DNA from: Lytechinus pictus
Taxonomy: Eukaryota
Reading direction: 5' to 3'
DNA length: 60,000 nt
Assembly: GCF_037042905.1 (NCBI RefSeq)
Contig: NC_087263.1
Location: 10,790,001-10,850,000, forward strand
Under the pieces are notes generated by a model, which saw nothing but the letters and a program-made list of their open reading frames with translations, was not told the DNA's origin and did no database searches. Below are positions 25,826 to 36,833 of the stretch, in pieces (the stretch's first letter is position 1; the number at the start of each line of letters is the position of its first letter). A program made the position numbers and the translations under genes.

Positions 25826-26089
25826 CCCTACTGGAGAGAACGCAGTGTCCCACAGTGTGTTCACAGTGTAGAACACACTGTGAAATCACCTTCACACTTT
25901 TGAATAGGAACATTTCAACAGCGTGAATCACATATTCACATTCTTCTATGCCAACACACTGTGAACATCTACACCATTGAGGCGGGCACGGTGTGAAATT
26001 CCTTTTAAACTGTTGAAATTGAGCATTTACACAGTGTGAATAATGATATTTTCACATAGTTCACTATGTGAACACACTGTGTTATGGGG
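25826..26089 (+). mobile_element. CCCTAC...GGG MITE (EnSpm/CMC-like)
   Basis: Starts AT|CCCTACTGGAGAGAACGCAGTGTCCCACAGTGTG; same family as 32562 and 36596. Confidence 0.8.
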
Positions 26090-29000
26090 TTTAGAAAAAA
26101 ATTATAAAAACGATTCAAAATACCACCCTTCTCTGTTTAGTAACTGGATTTGCAAACCTTGCATCCCTTATTTCCGGATTTTCTTTGGATCTATTACTAA
26201 CTTAAGCCAGTCATCGACGTACAGTGTACTATTGAAAATATTATTAAAAATAATGATAAATGTATCCTTTTCACAGTATTAGGTATCACCTTTCCTGCTA
26301 AAATATAATAAGGGATAATGACGAGTCTATCTCGTCGTGGTTTTAATTGGAATGAAGTAGAATGATTGATAATGCGGCTGCTAGAATTATGCGATGACCC
26401 TTTCACTGAGTGTGTCGTAATGGTCGTCTTTCCATTTCATCACAAAACGTGGTGAATGCGAAATGACGTAGAAGCGTCAACGTGTGAATGGTCATGATCA
26501 TAAAGACTTTTCCTTCTGCTGACGAAAAACAAATTTTTAATAAATTAATTAGGACTAGTCCCTACCATCTCTTCCTCTATCTAATTTATTTTATTCGCTG
26601 ATGAAATCCTCATTTATTAATTTTCTAAATTTTTTTGCTCATCGATTGCGTCACTTTCGGAGCTGCTGTCAATTTGTACAGAATTTGACAAGTGAATTGT
26701 CAAAACCCACCAATCACCCTTAGAGGCGGGAGGGAGGGGAAGGGGCAACCCTGACGTCAGCTTCATGAAACCAAGAATATAAAGATGACGATTAAACAGT
26801 TGCCCCAATTCATCGGTTATTGATGAAGTTATGGATTTTCAAATCTTTAAAATTGTAATGCCGCAAGCCGCGAGCAGTTCTTCCGTATATCGTATTATGT
26901 AAAGTTCATTGTAATTTCCCAGAAATTGAAAGTGAATTCATCCATGTACTCAATACAATCAAACACATTATCCAGACTTCTTCTAAACATTCCATCGCCG
27001 TTATCCAATGGAAATTGAAACTCAATGCCACATGATATTTGCTGGTGCTGCTCGCATATGACGTCACACAAATGAGCACCAATAAAATATCCCGTAATAT
27101 ATATTATTTTGTGATTCTTTCATGTACATGTAATTCGTCAAACATTCATCAACATATTTTTGTAGTAACTCTGCGCTTGAAGTGAAATAATCTTGACGTC
27201 AGTGGGACTCCCCCTTTTTTGAAAATACGTGTGAAAGATTACGTCTGTGCAAAATTTGAATCTAAATTGAACCTTTTTTGAGTTGCTCTAGATAATACCG
27301 CAAAAAGAAGAACGCGGAAACGGCAAGAATAATCGCGAACTCTACATTTATATATATATATGTATGATACTTACTGTGATACATAATTTCAATTAATGCG
27401 AGCGCGAAGCGCGAGGTGAAAAATTATTGATACTTAGACCTGCAGTCTGGAAATTTTTAGGGAGAATTAATCCATCGATGTGTATTTAACTAAGCAGTTA
27501 ATACAAGCAGGAAGGCTGAGCTGAGATTTTAATATATGCTTACCTGAAAATGAAGAATTTTAAGACTATTTGAGGAATTCATGAAAAGGATACGTATATC
27601 ATCGGTGCATGTATTGCAAGCACGAAGCGCGAGCTGATTTTTTGTTTGTTTATATATACATCTCATTTGAAAAGGGACGTTTTAGTGATTGTTAAAATCA
27701 ATCAAAAAACGAATAGGATTCGAATCTCCCTTATCAAACTAGAAAAATATGTATTTCAGAACTGTTTGTAGGAATTAATGAAGAGTAACCTATCAACATG
27801 CAAACCCGCAGCTATAGAGACGAAGAGTTACGGTATTTGCGTTTGAAAAAGGAATCTTTTATATGGTTTGTTTGTTGAAATTTTTGAAGAGAATAAGTAC
27901 GTCACTAATATTAAGTTGGCACGAATATTCATCTATGCGTAAAGACATGCAAAAATCATTATCTAAATGTGTTGGAAACTGCATTACCATGGTAATAGCA
28001 TAGGACGGGGGTATTAATCACCTTTAGTAGTATACCATTTCTGCGCCTTATTCCTTATCCTTTTCTCTTTTATTTTCTTTTTTTGTTTTTTCCTTCATTT
28101 ATTTGCGCCCCTCTCCCCTTTTTTGCGCCCCCTGAAAAAGGCGTCCGGGGCAGGTGTCCCCTTGCCCCCCCCCCCCGCTAGATACGCCACTATCTAAAGG
28201 TAACCGACAGCAACGTGTCATTATATTTTTCTTCAAATATTCAATTCAATTATTTTCAGGTCTCAACAGCTAGACTAAGGGGGAAGACACCCCCCCAAAA
28301 AAAATGAAAAATAGAATTGTAGTTTCATGAAACATAGGCAAATTTCGAACTAGCATTACGCTTGAGAATTCAGCATACTCTGACGGAAAGAAAGACAGTT
28401 TTGACGTTTTATCAGTGTCCATATTTTTCTGTTTGAAATTCATGTTGTGGGGGGGGGGGGTACATTTTAGAAATGCCGTTAGTTGACCTCAAATTTGTAA
28501 TGTTTATCCAAGGGAGCACCAATTCAAGTTTTTAAGATTCATCTCCCATTTTCCTTCTGATTAATAAAAAGAACGTATCCACGAGCATGAGACATGCCCA
28601 TGGATGACTTGAATGATTCTGAAAAACTTCTTGGAACCTTTCGATGTCTTTCCTTTTAAAAGCCATTTTGCTTAATATCATTTTCCTGAAGTGAAGGTTA
28701 AAAAAAACCTAGCATCCTCTTAAACAAACGCATGTCCAGGTATTACTTTTCATTTATGAAAAAAAAGTACAAGGCTAAACTAACAATAGGTGAAATGTTA
28801 CATACAAGTAACGGTTCAAGAAGGTTATGGAAACGGCACGAAGCGGAAGCCCATGAATTACTCCATTTTGCGTTTCCTATTAAGATATCTGTGATGAATT
28901 GATGCGCGATGTGTATCTATTTCACTCCAGTTTTGTGAAAAGAGCAATTAGCCGGCTATATAGTCAACATAAAAAGTTTAAAAGATCTATGCATGATGTA

Positions 29001-29558
29001 ATCACATGATTGGGGAGTGCAATAAATGTTTGAAATAAAGAAGAATAAATAGTTTATTTGGCATGATCGGCACATGCAAAATGTGTCGTCTTAGAATAAT
29101 TGCAATTTATTGCGCATTCGCGCCTATCTTTTGATTTTATTCACGTGTAAAACACGAGTCATGGAAAGTGACTTTTAAATTTCTTTCCTCTTCAATTACG
29201 TGAGAAAACTTCAGTCTATAATTCCATTAGCATTAGTTGAAAGTCGTAATTGATGGTTGAACATACTCTCAGGTTGAAACTATTGGGCAACGAAAAAAAA
29301 AAAAAACAATAATGTGCAAAAACGATAAACATTCACCCAAAGTTGTTATTAAATATAAGTAATATGATGACCATTTGTTAATTTAATCGAAACTTGTCAA
29401 ATGGTGACATGATATGGTGCTTACTGTAAGGAGTAGTCAGACATTGCTCATTGATAATAATGATAAAATAGTATTAATAACAATAATGATAATAATAACA
29501 AAAAATTCCAAGGAGCATTTAATGATAAAAGATGGAGAGGTCTTGCTTATAAAATGTA

Positions 29559-29824
29559 CACTGTTAGAAAATTTACCCTTAAAATAAAATAAGTTCCTGC
29601 AGCAGACTCTCGAAAACACCTGTAATATTACCAGATTGCGTAATCTTACATAAAATTGGTATTTGGTGTATGTAATGTAACACCCTTTTCCCCTTTTTAA
29701 ACAGACCTGTTCTGTTAAATTGCAGAACAATTCTTGTTTCATGAATTTACGGAATGATTCTGTTATTACTTTTTGCAAAATCTTCTCCTTTTTTCCTGTA
29801 AAATACGTTTTTTTTTTACACTGT
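29559..29824. mobile_element. MITE with CACTGT-type termini
   Basis: TA|CACTGTTAGAAAAT ... TTTTTTACACTGTA. Confidence 0.55.
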
Positions 29825-29854
29825 AGGTAGCATAAGATCCACTTCCAAGGTTAA

Positions 29855-30295
29855 TGGGGGGAATTTTAGCAATCACCTCGCAGACGTTTTCTGTGACACA
29901 GATATTTGTTGTCACAAGCCCTCCAATGACAAAATAGCCTTTGTCGAAAATCTGTGAATCAAAACGGCAGTGTCGTCCAGGGTCCCGTAACACAAATGTT
30001 TGCGATTGATCGTATGCTTGATCTTCACGACTGATTGTACATTGTAGTCAATGGAATCAATCGTAGAAAAAAATGTTTTACGATCATTGCTAAGTTTTGT
30101 GTTACGAGCCCCTGGACTCTGGACAAAGGACATATTTTTTTTGCATTTCTGTCCGGTCCGAATTGTAAGAAAATGTTACGGTCCACCAACTTTCGACAAT
30201 GGCCTCTAATCTGTCCATTGGGCTTTGACGGGATTTTCAATAGATTCTGAACGTTGCAGAAAACGTCGGCGAGGTGGATGCTAAAATGCGCTATT
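29855..30295. mobile_element. MITE of the 8055/30562 family with a nested small palindromic MITE (~29980-30112)
   Basis: Ends TTTTAGCAATCAC / GATGCTAAAA; inner element GGGTCCCGTAACACAAA...TTTGTGTTACGAGCCCC is absent from the 30562 copy. Confidence 0.7.
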
Positions 30296-30561
30296 AAGGA
30301 TTTGCCCCGGGGACGAACTCAAGTTTGGCCACAGAAACCTCGCACTAGGTAAATCGCATGTATGTGAATTGTATTCTTTTGAAGCACATTACATAAACTT
30401 GACAAGATGCTAGTTAGAAAAGTGATTTATTTTCATTGATACGATTGTGGATTAGTAGTGAGTGAACCTGGAGATAGAGAACGATATAAAAATCATTAAC
30501 CTGGGTCGAAAGCGGCAAGATGCTGATTTACGCCTTGCCAAAGGTCATTGTGGCCGTATAG

Positions 30562-30869
30562 TAGGGCGTTTTCGCAATCACTAAGCAGATGCTTTTCATA
30601 AAGCAGAGAATCGTTTATCAAAAGCCCTTCAATGACGAAACATCATTTGTCAAAAATCGGTGAATAAAAACGACGGTGTCGTTCTGGACTCCGGACAACT
30701 ACATTTTCGGATTTTTTTCGTCAGCTCCAAATCTGAGGACGATCTGCGGTCCCGGTTCACCATTTCTCGACAAATACCTTTCAGCTGACCATTGTAATTC
30801 GACTTGCATTTTCAATAGATTAACCACGTTGCAGAATCCGTCCGTGTTACAATTGCGAAAACTCGCTAT
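30562..30869. mobile_element. MITE with TAGGGCGTTTTCGCAAT / ATTGCGAAAACTCGCTA TIRs
   Basis: TIRs visible; interior homologous to the 8055 and 29855 copies. Confidence 0.75.
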
Positions 30870-32107
30870 CATGGTCCATTATTGTAGTGTAAAGTTCGGA
30901 GACATATCAGCTAGACCAAGACACTACCGTCTCTCTTTGTTTCTTCCATTTACCTCCCCCTCTCTCTCTATCTATTCACCTCTTCTCCATTTCGTACAAC
31001 ACCATGGCCATTTTCACAATGCTCTTGAATTTATGTTCCTGCATCCATTTGTCACAAGTTGCAATATGCGAAATTATATACATTATAACATCTTTCAACA
31101 GCAGCGAACGTTATTAATAAACACTGTGTGTATAGCTTCAAAGTTTACGCAGCAACATTGGTATGTATTTGCATTAAGTAATTAACTGAATAGGTGGAGG
31201 AAAATTAGCGCGCCGGAGAGACGGTGCGGCGGCGTAAGCAACACTTAATACTTTTGAAAACCCATAAGAAAATGGTATTGATGGACTTTGTAATGCTACC
31301 AAAGGTAAATGATATTTAAAACCTACATCTGCCCATTTCTCTCGTTTAACACACACAAGATATGCCATAAATGTCACACATCCCAAGTTTGAGAGAATTT
31401 GACCATATTTTTCTGACATCTCATTTTATAAAAGATATTAATACTCGTAGGCAGTAAATTCATAACATTCGACTGTGATGACCACATGCCATACACAATA
31501 AATATACACATCCTAGTAACATATACACACACGCACACACCCCAACACCCTGATACACGTAAAAGTAATAACAGACCTCGTAGTTATGGTATTATGAGAT
31601 TTTACATTCAGACAAAGTTTTAGTATAAATTTATCCCTTAGGGCCTAATGGTAAAGAATGTGGAAGATGTTATCTTTTATATTATTAGTGATATATATAA
31701 ACACACACACATATATATATATGTAATGGTGAATTAATTGTTCACTAAGAAATATTAAATTATAGCATTCTTCAAAAGTGAAGCTGGGAGCTCGATTAAT
31801 AGGGTGCAAAATTTTTTAAGCTTCTTTCTCCTTAAGAGATGCAAAAAAAGGCCTATGGTTGTAGAAAAAAGTTCAAATTTTCACCCATTTCAAGGCGAAA
31901 AAATCTGCGTCGTTAAATTATGCAGGCTTGCACTGTTGATGGTGCAACGATGGTGCAAACAATACGGAAAGGGTGCATATTTTCACCTTTTTTAATGTGG
32001 GGTGCCCACTTCCACCGCCTTCGATTTTGACTTTGGTTCAATTCCTTAGTACGGTAATGTTGGGTCGCTCTCACGGCACATCTATCATTATTATCTGTAT
32101 TTATTTT

Positions 32108-33097
32108 GACCTTGCTCGAGCTGTTTGCTTCTAAGCAAGAAGATAAGAAAAATAAAATGTTTTTTCAACACTCATTTCGTTCCAGTAAACGTACGCAAAC
32201 TGCAATAATAAAAATTTTAGCTCGAATTTATCGATAATCGATGCAATTATATCAACCATTGATATGAGCGATCGAAGAATTAACAATACCGAACGCATGT
32301 TTTTCGCCACAAGCCCGTCCATACAGTCTATACAATTTAAACTTATACGCAATTTGCCAGATGATTGTCATGATGGTACTGCTGAATTCTTAGAAATTAA
32401 AGGAGGAGATATATCAAAGATTACATCGTAAACAGACTGTTGAAGCTAATGATCGAGCGCAGGGCTTTTCAAGGTTAGAAACAACTCGAGTTGATCGATA
32501 ATCGTTTAACTCCATACTTTTGAATAGTCTCGGATAAATCACAGGCTTAGTTTCGTTATATCCCTACGAGAGAGATCGCAGTGTTCCACAGTGTGTTACA
32601 CAGTGTAGAACACAATGTGACATCACATTCACACTGTTAAATTTGAGCATTTTAACAGTCTGAATCACATATTCACATAGTCTACCATGTGAACACGCTG
32701 TGAATAGTCACACTGCCGAGGTATCCACAGTGTGAAATATCTCCACATTATTAAATTTGAGCATTTCGACAGTGTGAATCACATATTTTCATAATCGACC
32801 ATGTGAACATGCTGCGAACAGTTACACTGTCGAGGTATTCACAGTGTGAAATATCTTCACATTGTTAAATTTGAGCATTTCGACAGTGTGAATATGCTGC
32901 GAACATTCACACTGTCGATGTATCCACAATGTTGAATCTGAGTATTTCATGTTGTTTCAACAGCGTCAATTTTAATACTCCACTATGTGAACACACTGTG
33001 ATCACACTGTGTGGCACTGTTCTTTCCTGTGGGGAGGAATTTAACGATTATATTCATTCCCGTTTGCAATTCTTTGAATGGTTATAGCAAAATATTA
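32108..33097 (+). repeat. Local segmental duplication, copy 1 (paralogue of 35950-36895; similarity continues after 34489)
   Basis: Collinear shared blocks, e.g. GATAATCGATGCAAT, ATGAGCGATCGAAGAATTAACAATAC, AAGGTTAGAAACAACTCGAGTTGATCGA, and the same MITE at the same site. Confidence 0.92.
32562..33034 (+). mobile_element. CCCTAC...GGG MITE with internal 114-bp tandem repeats
   Basis: TTTGAGCATT recurs at 32642, 32756 and 32870. Confidence 0.85.
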
Positions 33098-34489
33098 GAT
33101 AGCCAAGACAGATAGCCAAACGCGATTGGTCCATAGCGCGTCACGTGATAGGAATGAAATTTATGAAGCTTCCCAGCCGGTCCATCTTTGATGAATAAAT
33201 TGACCAGCCGGTCTATAAATATATTTTTGTACTTGTATGGCGCCCTCTTCTGGACTAGATATTACCAATTACACAGAAATAAAATATGTGGGACTAAAGT
33301 TAGGACTAGAGTAGCGATCGTTTGCAATCGATCAACTCTCGATATCATTCGGACCGGACCGCGGAATTGAAATGTCCGACGTACGGTACTACGACTTAGG
33401 CTGTGTCTTTGGTTTAACGTTAATAGATCTAACGTTATGCCCACTTCAGTAAAATGGAGTCTATATTTGTGTAGACAGAAATAAACGTCTTTTCTGGGGA
33501 TTTATTTAACGATTTCTGGATATCATTGGTGATTGGAGCCAACGTAGTTCAGCCGAGAAACAATGAAGCTTAGTTTTATTTAGTTTTGGTCTGACGTCAA
33601 AGATTTGTGGTGCTGTCTGATGAGCAACGGGAAATTAGATCAGATTTTTGAACTATAACGTTGGGTAAGTAGATCTAGAGTAAGGCCTAGTCCTAGATCT
33701 ATGAGTTAGGGTCAGGCCCTAGATCTAAATAGTTTTATTGTGTTAGATCTAGATCTAGGCTAGGGGACTAACGTTAGAGTATAAGTTGTTACAAAAATCT
33801 AATCTTGCTAACGTTAGAATTCAACGTTAGATCTAGTGCTAACGAAACGTTAGATTTGGTCCTGGACCTGGTTCGACAACAGAAAGATCAAGACCACCAC
33901 CAACGCGGTACAGCCGTGACCTAGTCTGACATAGATCTAGATCGATCTAGATGTAGACCTAAGTTAGTTATGTTTTATCTCATTCCCAAGTTAGATCAGA
34001 ATGTGCACCTGATCATGGCTCAACATGCATTCTCGGTTTGCCTTGGCTTATTTGGGTCCTGGCGTCTGGAACTGGACGAACTCTAACGAAAGATCTAAAC
34101 AAACTTGATTTTGATTATACAGGGTCATTCACTGTGCCTTACGTTATGCTAATGTTATACCAGTTCCATCAGTCACTGACTGTGAATATCGTTAACATGT
34201 CTAGACCCTACTACTGCATGCATCGTAGACCAAGATCTATCTGCAGTCTAGATCTATCTTCATCAGTCCATGCTAGATCTATCTAATATAACATATATTT
34301 ACTGATGGGTTGTGTAAAATAACATTCTTTGGACCACCTGAAAGATTTATATTTACCCTCGTAATCAAGTTCCCTCAGCGCTGCGCGCTTTGTAAAAATA
34401 TAGGCCTAACCTCTCGGGAAAATATAATTCCGGCGGTCCAAAGAATGGTTATATTACACACCCCATCAGTCAATATCTGTAAAATATTA
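33098..34489 (+). mobile_element. TIR-less non-autonomous insertion with a 3' hairpin, Crypton-like
   Basis: Bounded by AAAATATTA at 33089-33097 and 34481-34489; absent from the paralogous site 36872-36880; ~65-bp-arm inverted repeat at 34295-34476; no ORF. Confidence 0.7.
33238..33253 (-). promoter_or_regulatory. CTCF-like motif CCAGAAGAGGGCGCCA
   Basis: Close match to the bilaterian CTCF core consensus; binding not demonstrated. Confidence 0.35.
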
Positions 34490-34559
34490 CATCGTGATGA
34501 AAATTTCAGGGGAAATAGGAGATCCAAGTTTTATCTACCCATCGTGGCTATTTCACTTT

Positions 34560-34718
34560 GGATATTAGCGGGCCCTGTGTATCCATTCTCAATTCTAAAA
34601 GTTGCAAAAAGGCAGGAGGTCCCAGTTTGATAAATCTTCGGTATGACTCTGCCATGAAACGAACCTATGACCTCCGTTCATGTGACGGGCGCTGTACCAC
34701 TGAGCAACCATGCTCGCT
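34560..34718 (-). mobile_element. tRNA-derived SINE, family B (degenerate)
   Basis: Reverse strand GGTTGCTCAGTGGTACAGCGCCCG..GGTTCG..GAGTCATACCGAAGATTTATCAAACTGGGACC; homologous to 2575-2742. Confidence 0.7.
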
Positions 34719-34812
34719 AATACATGTATCCCCTCCACACTTTTCTGGAACTCTTGGGGCCTCCTCATTTTATGCTGGGGCTAACCCTGTGGAATTTGCT
34801 TCCACATGGTTA

Positions 34813-35360
34813 GCAGCGGCGTAACAGGAGTCGGTGGCCAGGGGGGGGGGGCAAGAGCCAAAACTTTCCCGGTCATATCATGGAACAGGCAATGGCGTCA
34901 TAAGGCAAAAATTTTGAGGGGGTGATATGGCGTATCGGGCAAATATAAATATATATATATATAAGCGAGCGAGCAAAAGTTTCTGACAATTTTATTGCAA
35001 AAATCAAATTTTGTGATAGATTTTGACATGATGTTAAAAAGATGATATCATATTCACCCTCCTCTCTTTCCTTTTTTCTCTCTTTTTTTGTACGCCACGG
35101 TGAACAGGATTTTTGTTATGATTGTGAGCATCAGGGCGAAGCTCTATATGCTCGAGGGGGCCGAGTATGGCGCTTCTGGCAAGAAGTAGCTTAATATAGG
35201 TCCCGAGCGAGCGAAGCGAGCGAGATAAAAAAATCTACTTTTCATGAGAATCTAACATGAAGAAAGATTTTAACGTGATATTCAGAAAAATATAATACAC
35301 TTTCCTTTCTTTCCTCATTTTTTTTTGTTTGGTTGTAGAACTTTTTGGGGCCATGGTTCA
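34813..35360. mobile_element. Cluster of hAT-like MITE fragments (same family as 6899 and 47026)
   Basis: GATATGGCGTATCG, GCGAGCGAGC, TTTTGTGATAGATTTTGACAT motifs. Confidence 0.6.
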
Positions 35361-35777
35361 AACTCATCCATATAACAGTGCTTTATGGGTGGGGTCCAGG
35401 GCAGAGCCCCGGAACCTCTTGATATCAAATCCATTTTAAACCTTACAGATTGCCACTTATTTTAATCAAATTGCGTGTATATTTATATAGCTTTAACACA
35501 ACACATACATTCAATGCAGTTGTGTATCGTAATCATCAAAATATTGTGAAGGGCACACCATAGCAAATGTGGGAAAATTTGTAAAATGTCGCCAGTGAGC
35601 CAGAAAAAAAAAAGGCCTGTTAAAATGAAATTCTAATTATGTGATAGATTTTTACATCAATGCTATTTCGGGGAATGCTTAGCGTCATAATATGTAACAC
35701 CAAACTTAAATGTTGGACCCCCCCCCCATGGCGACCTTGCCATTTGGGCCACACTCACGAAACGTTTATCGTTATTA

Positions 35778-35947
35778 ATACCTCAGTCACATTTGCTCTA
35801 CGGCGGCCGTACGGCGAGTCGAAAGCAGCCGTTTTATTCATTTTAATTCAAACCATCTCTTATGTAACTGGCGAAAAAAAGAATGTTAAAATGGCTGTTT
35901 TCGACTCGCCTCAATGCCGCTGCAGAGCACACATTTGACTAAGGTAT
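35778..35947. mobile_element. Palindromic PIF/Harbinger-like MITE
   Basis: ATACCTCAGTCACATTTGCTCT..GGCGAGTCGAAAGCAGCC / GGCTGTTTTCGACTCGCC..AGAGCACACATTTGACTAAGGTAT. Confidence 0.8.
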
Positions 35948-36368
35948 CTTAACCTTGCGCAAACCGTTTGCTGCTAAGCATGAAGAAAAGAAAAAAATAA
36001 ACACTCACTTCTTTCCAGTAAGCAAACGCAAACTGCAAATAATCACAATTTTAGAGTGAATTTCATTGATAATCGATGCAATGATATCAACTCTTGCTAT
36101 GAGCGATCGAAGAATTAACAATACTGAAAGCATGTTTTTCGCCACCACCACGTGCATCCAGTCTACAGAATTTGAACTTACACGCCATTTGCCAATTGAT
36201 TGCCATGATTGCACTGATGAATTCTTAGAAATTAAACGGGATACAAAGTCATATCGTAGACATGCTGTTTGAAGCTATAATGATCGAACGTATAGGCTTT
36301 TGAAGGTTAGAAACAACTCGAGTTGATCGAGATTTGGCATGTTAACTCCATACTTTCGAATAATCTTG

Positions 36369-36563
36369 CCGCCCTTTCACACGGTAAAAAAAAATCGTAA
36401 TTTGAATGATGATTCCAGTGAAAAGTTAGGATAATGACGAATATTTAGCTCGTGTGAAACCAAACTAGAACATGATTAGAATCACGAACGCTAATCACAA
36501 TCATGCACGATTTCAATAGCAATCATCATTACAATGATTCAAGATTCACGTGTGAAAAGGCCC
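36369..36563. mobile_element. PIF/Harbinger-like MITE present only in duplication copy 2
   Basis: TIRs GCCCTTTCACACG / CGTGTGAAAAGGC; copy 1 lacks it at ~32528. Confidence 0.75.
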
Positions 36564-36595
36564 TTGGCTAAATCGCGGACTTACTTTCGGTATAT

Positions 36596-36833
36596 CCCTA
36601 CTAGAAAGAACACAGTGTCCCACAGTGTGGAACACAATGTGAAATCACGTTCACACTGTTAAATTTAAGCATTTCAACAGCGTGAATCACATATTCACAT
36701 AGTCTACCATGCGAACATGCTGTGTGAACAGTCCCACTGTCGAGGTATCCACAGTGAGAAAATATCTTCCCCTATCCCCTATGTGAACACACTTTGATCA
36801 CACTGTGTGACGCTGAGTTCTTTTCCGGCAGGG
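36596..36833 (+). mobile_element. CCCTAC...CAGGG MITE (EnSpm/CMC-like), AT on both flanks
   Basis: AT|CCCTACTAGAAAGAACACAG ... CTGAGTTCTTTTCCGGCAGGG|AT. Confidence 0.85.

Noticed and set aside
32640..32990. Regularly spaced repeats resembling a CRISPR array
   Set aside because: Whole 114-bp units repeat with no unique spacers, they lie inside a MITE, the context is eukaryotic and there are no cas genes
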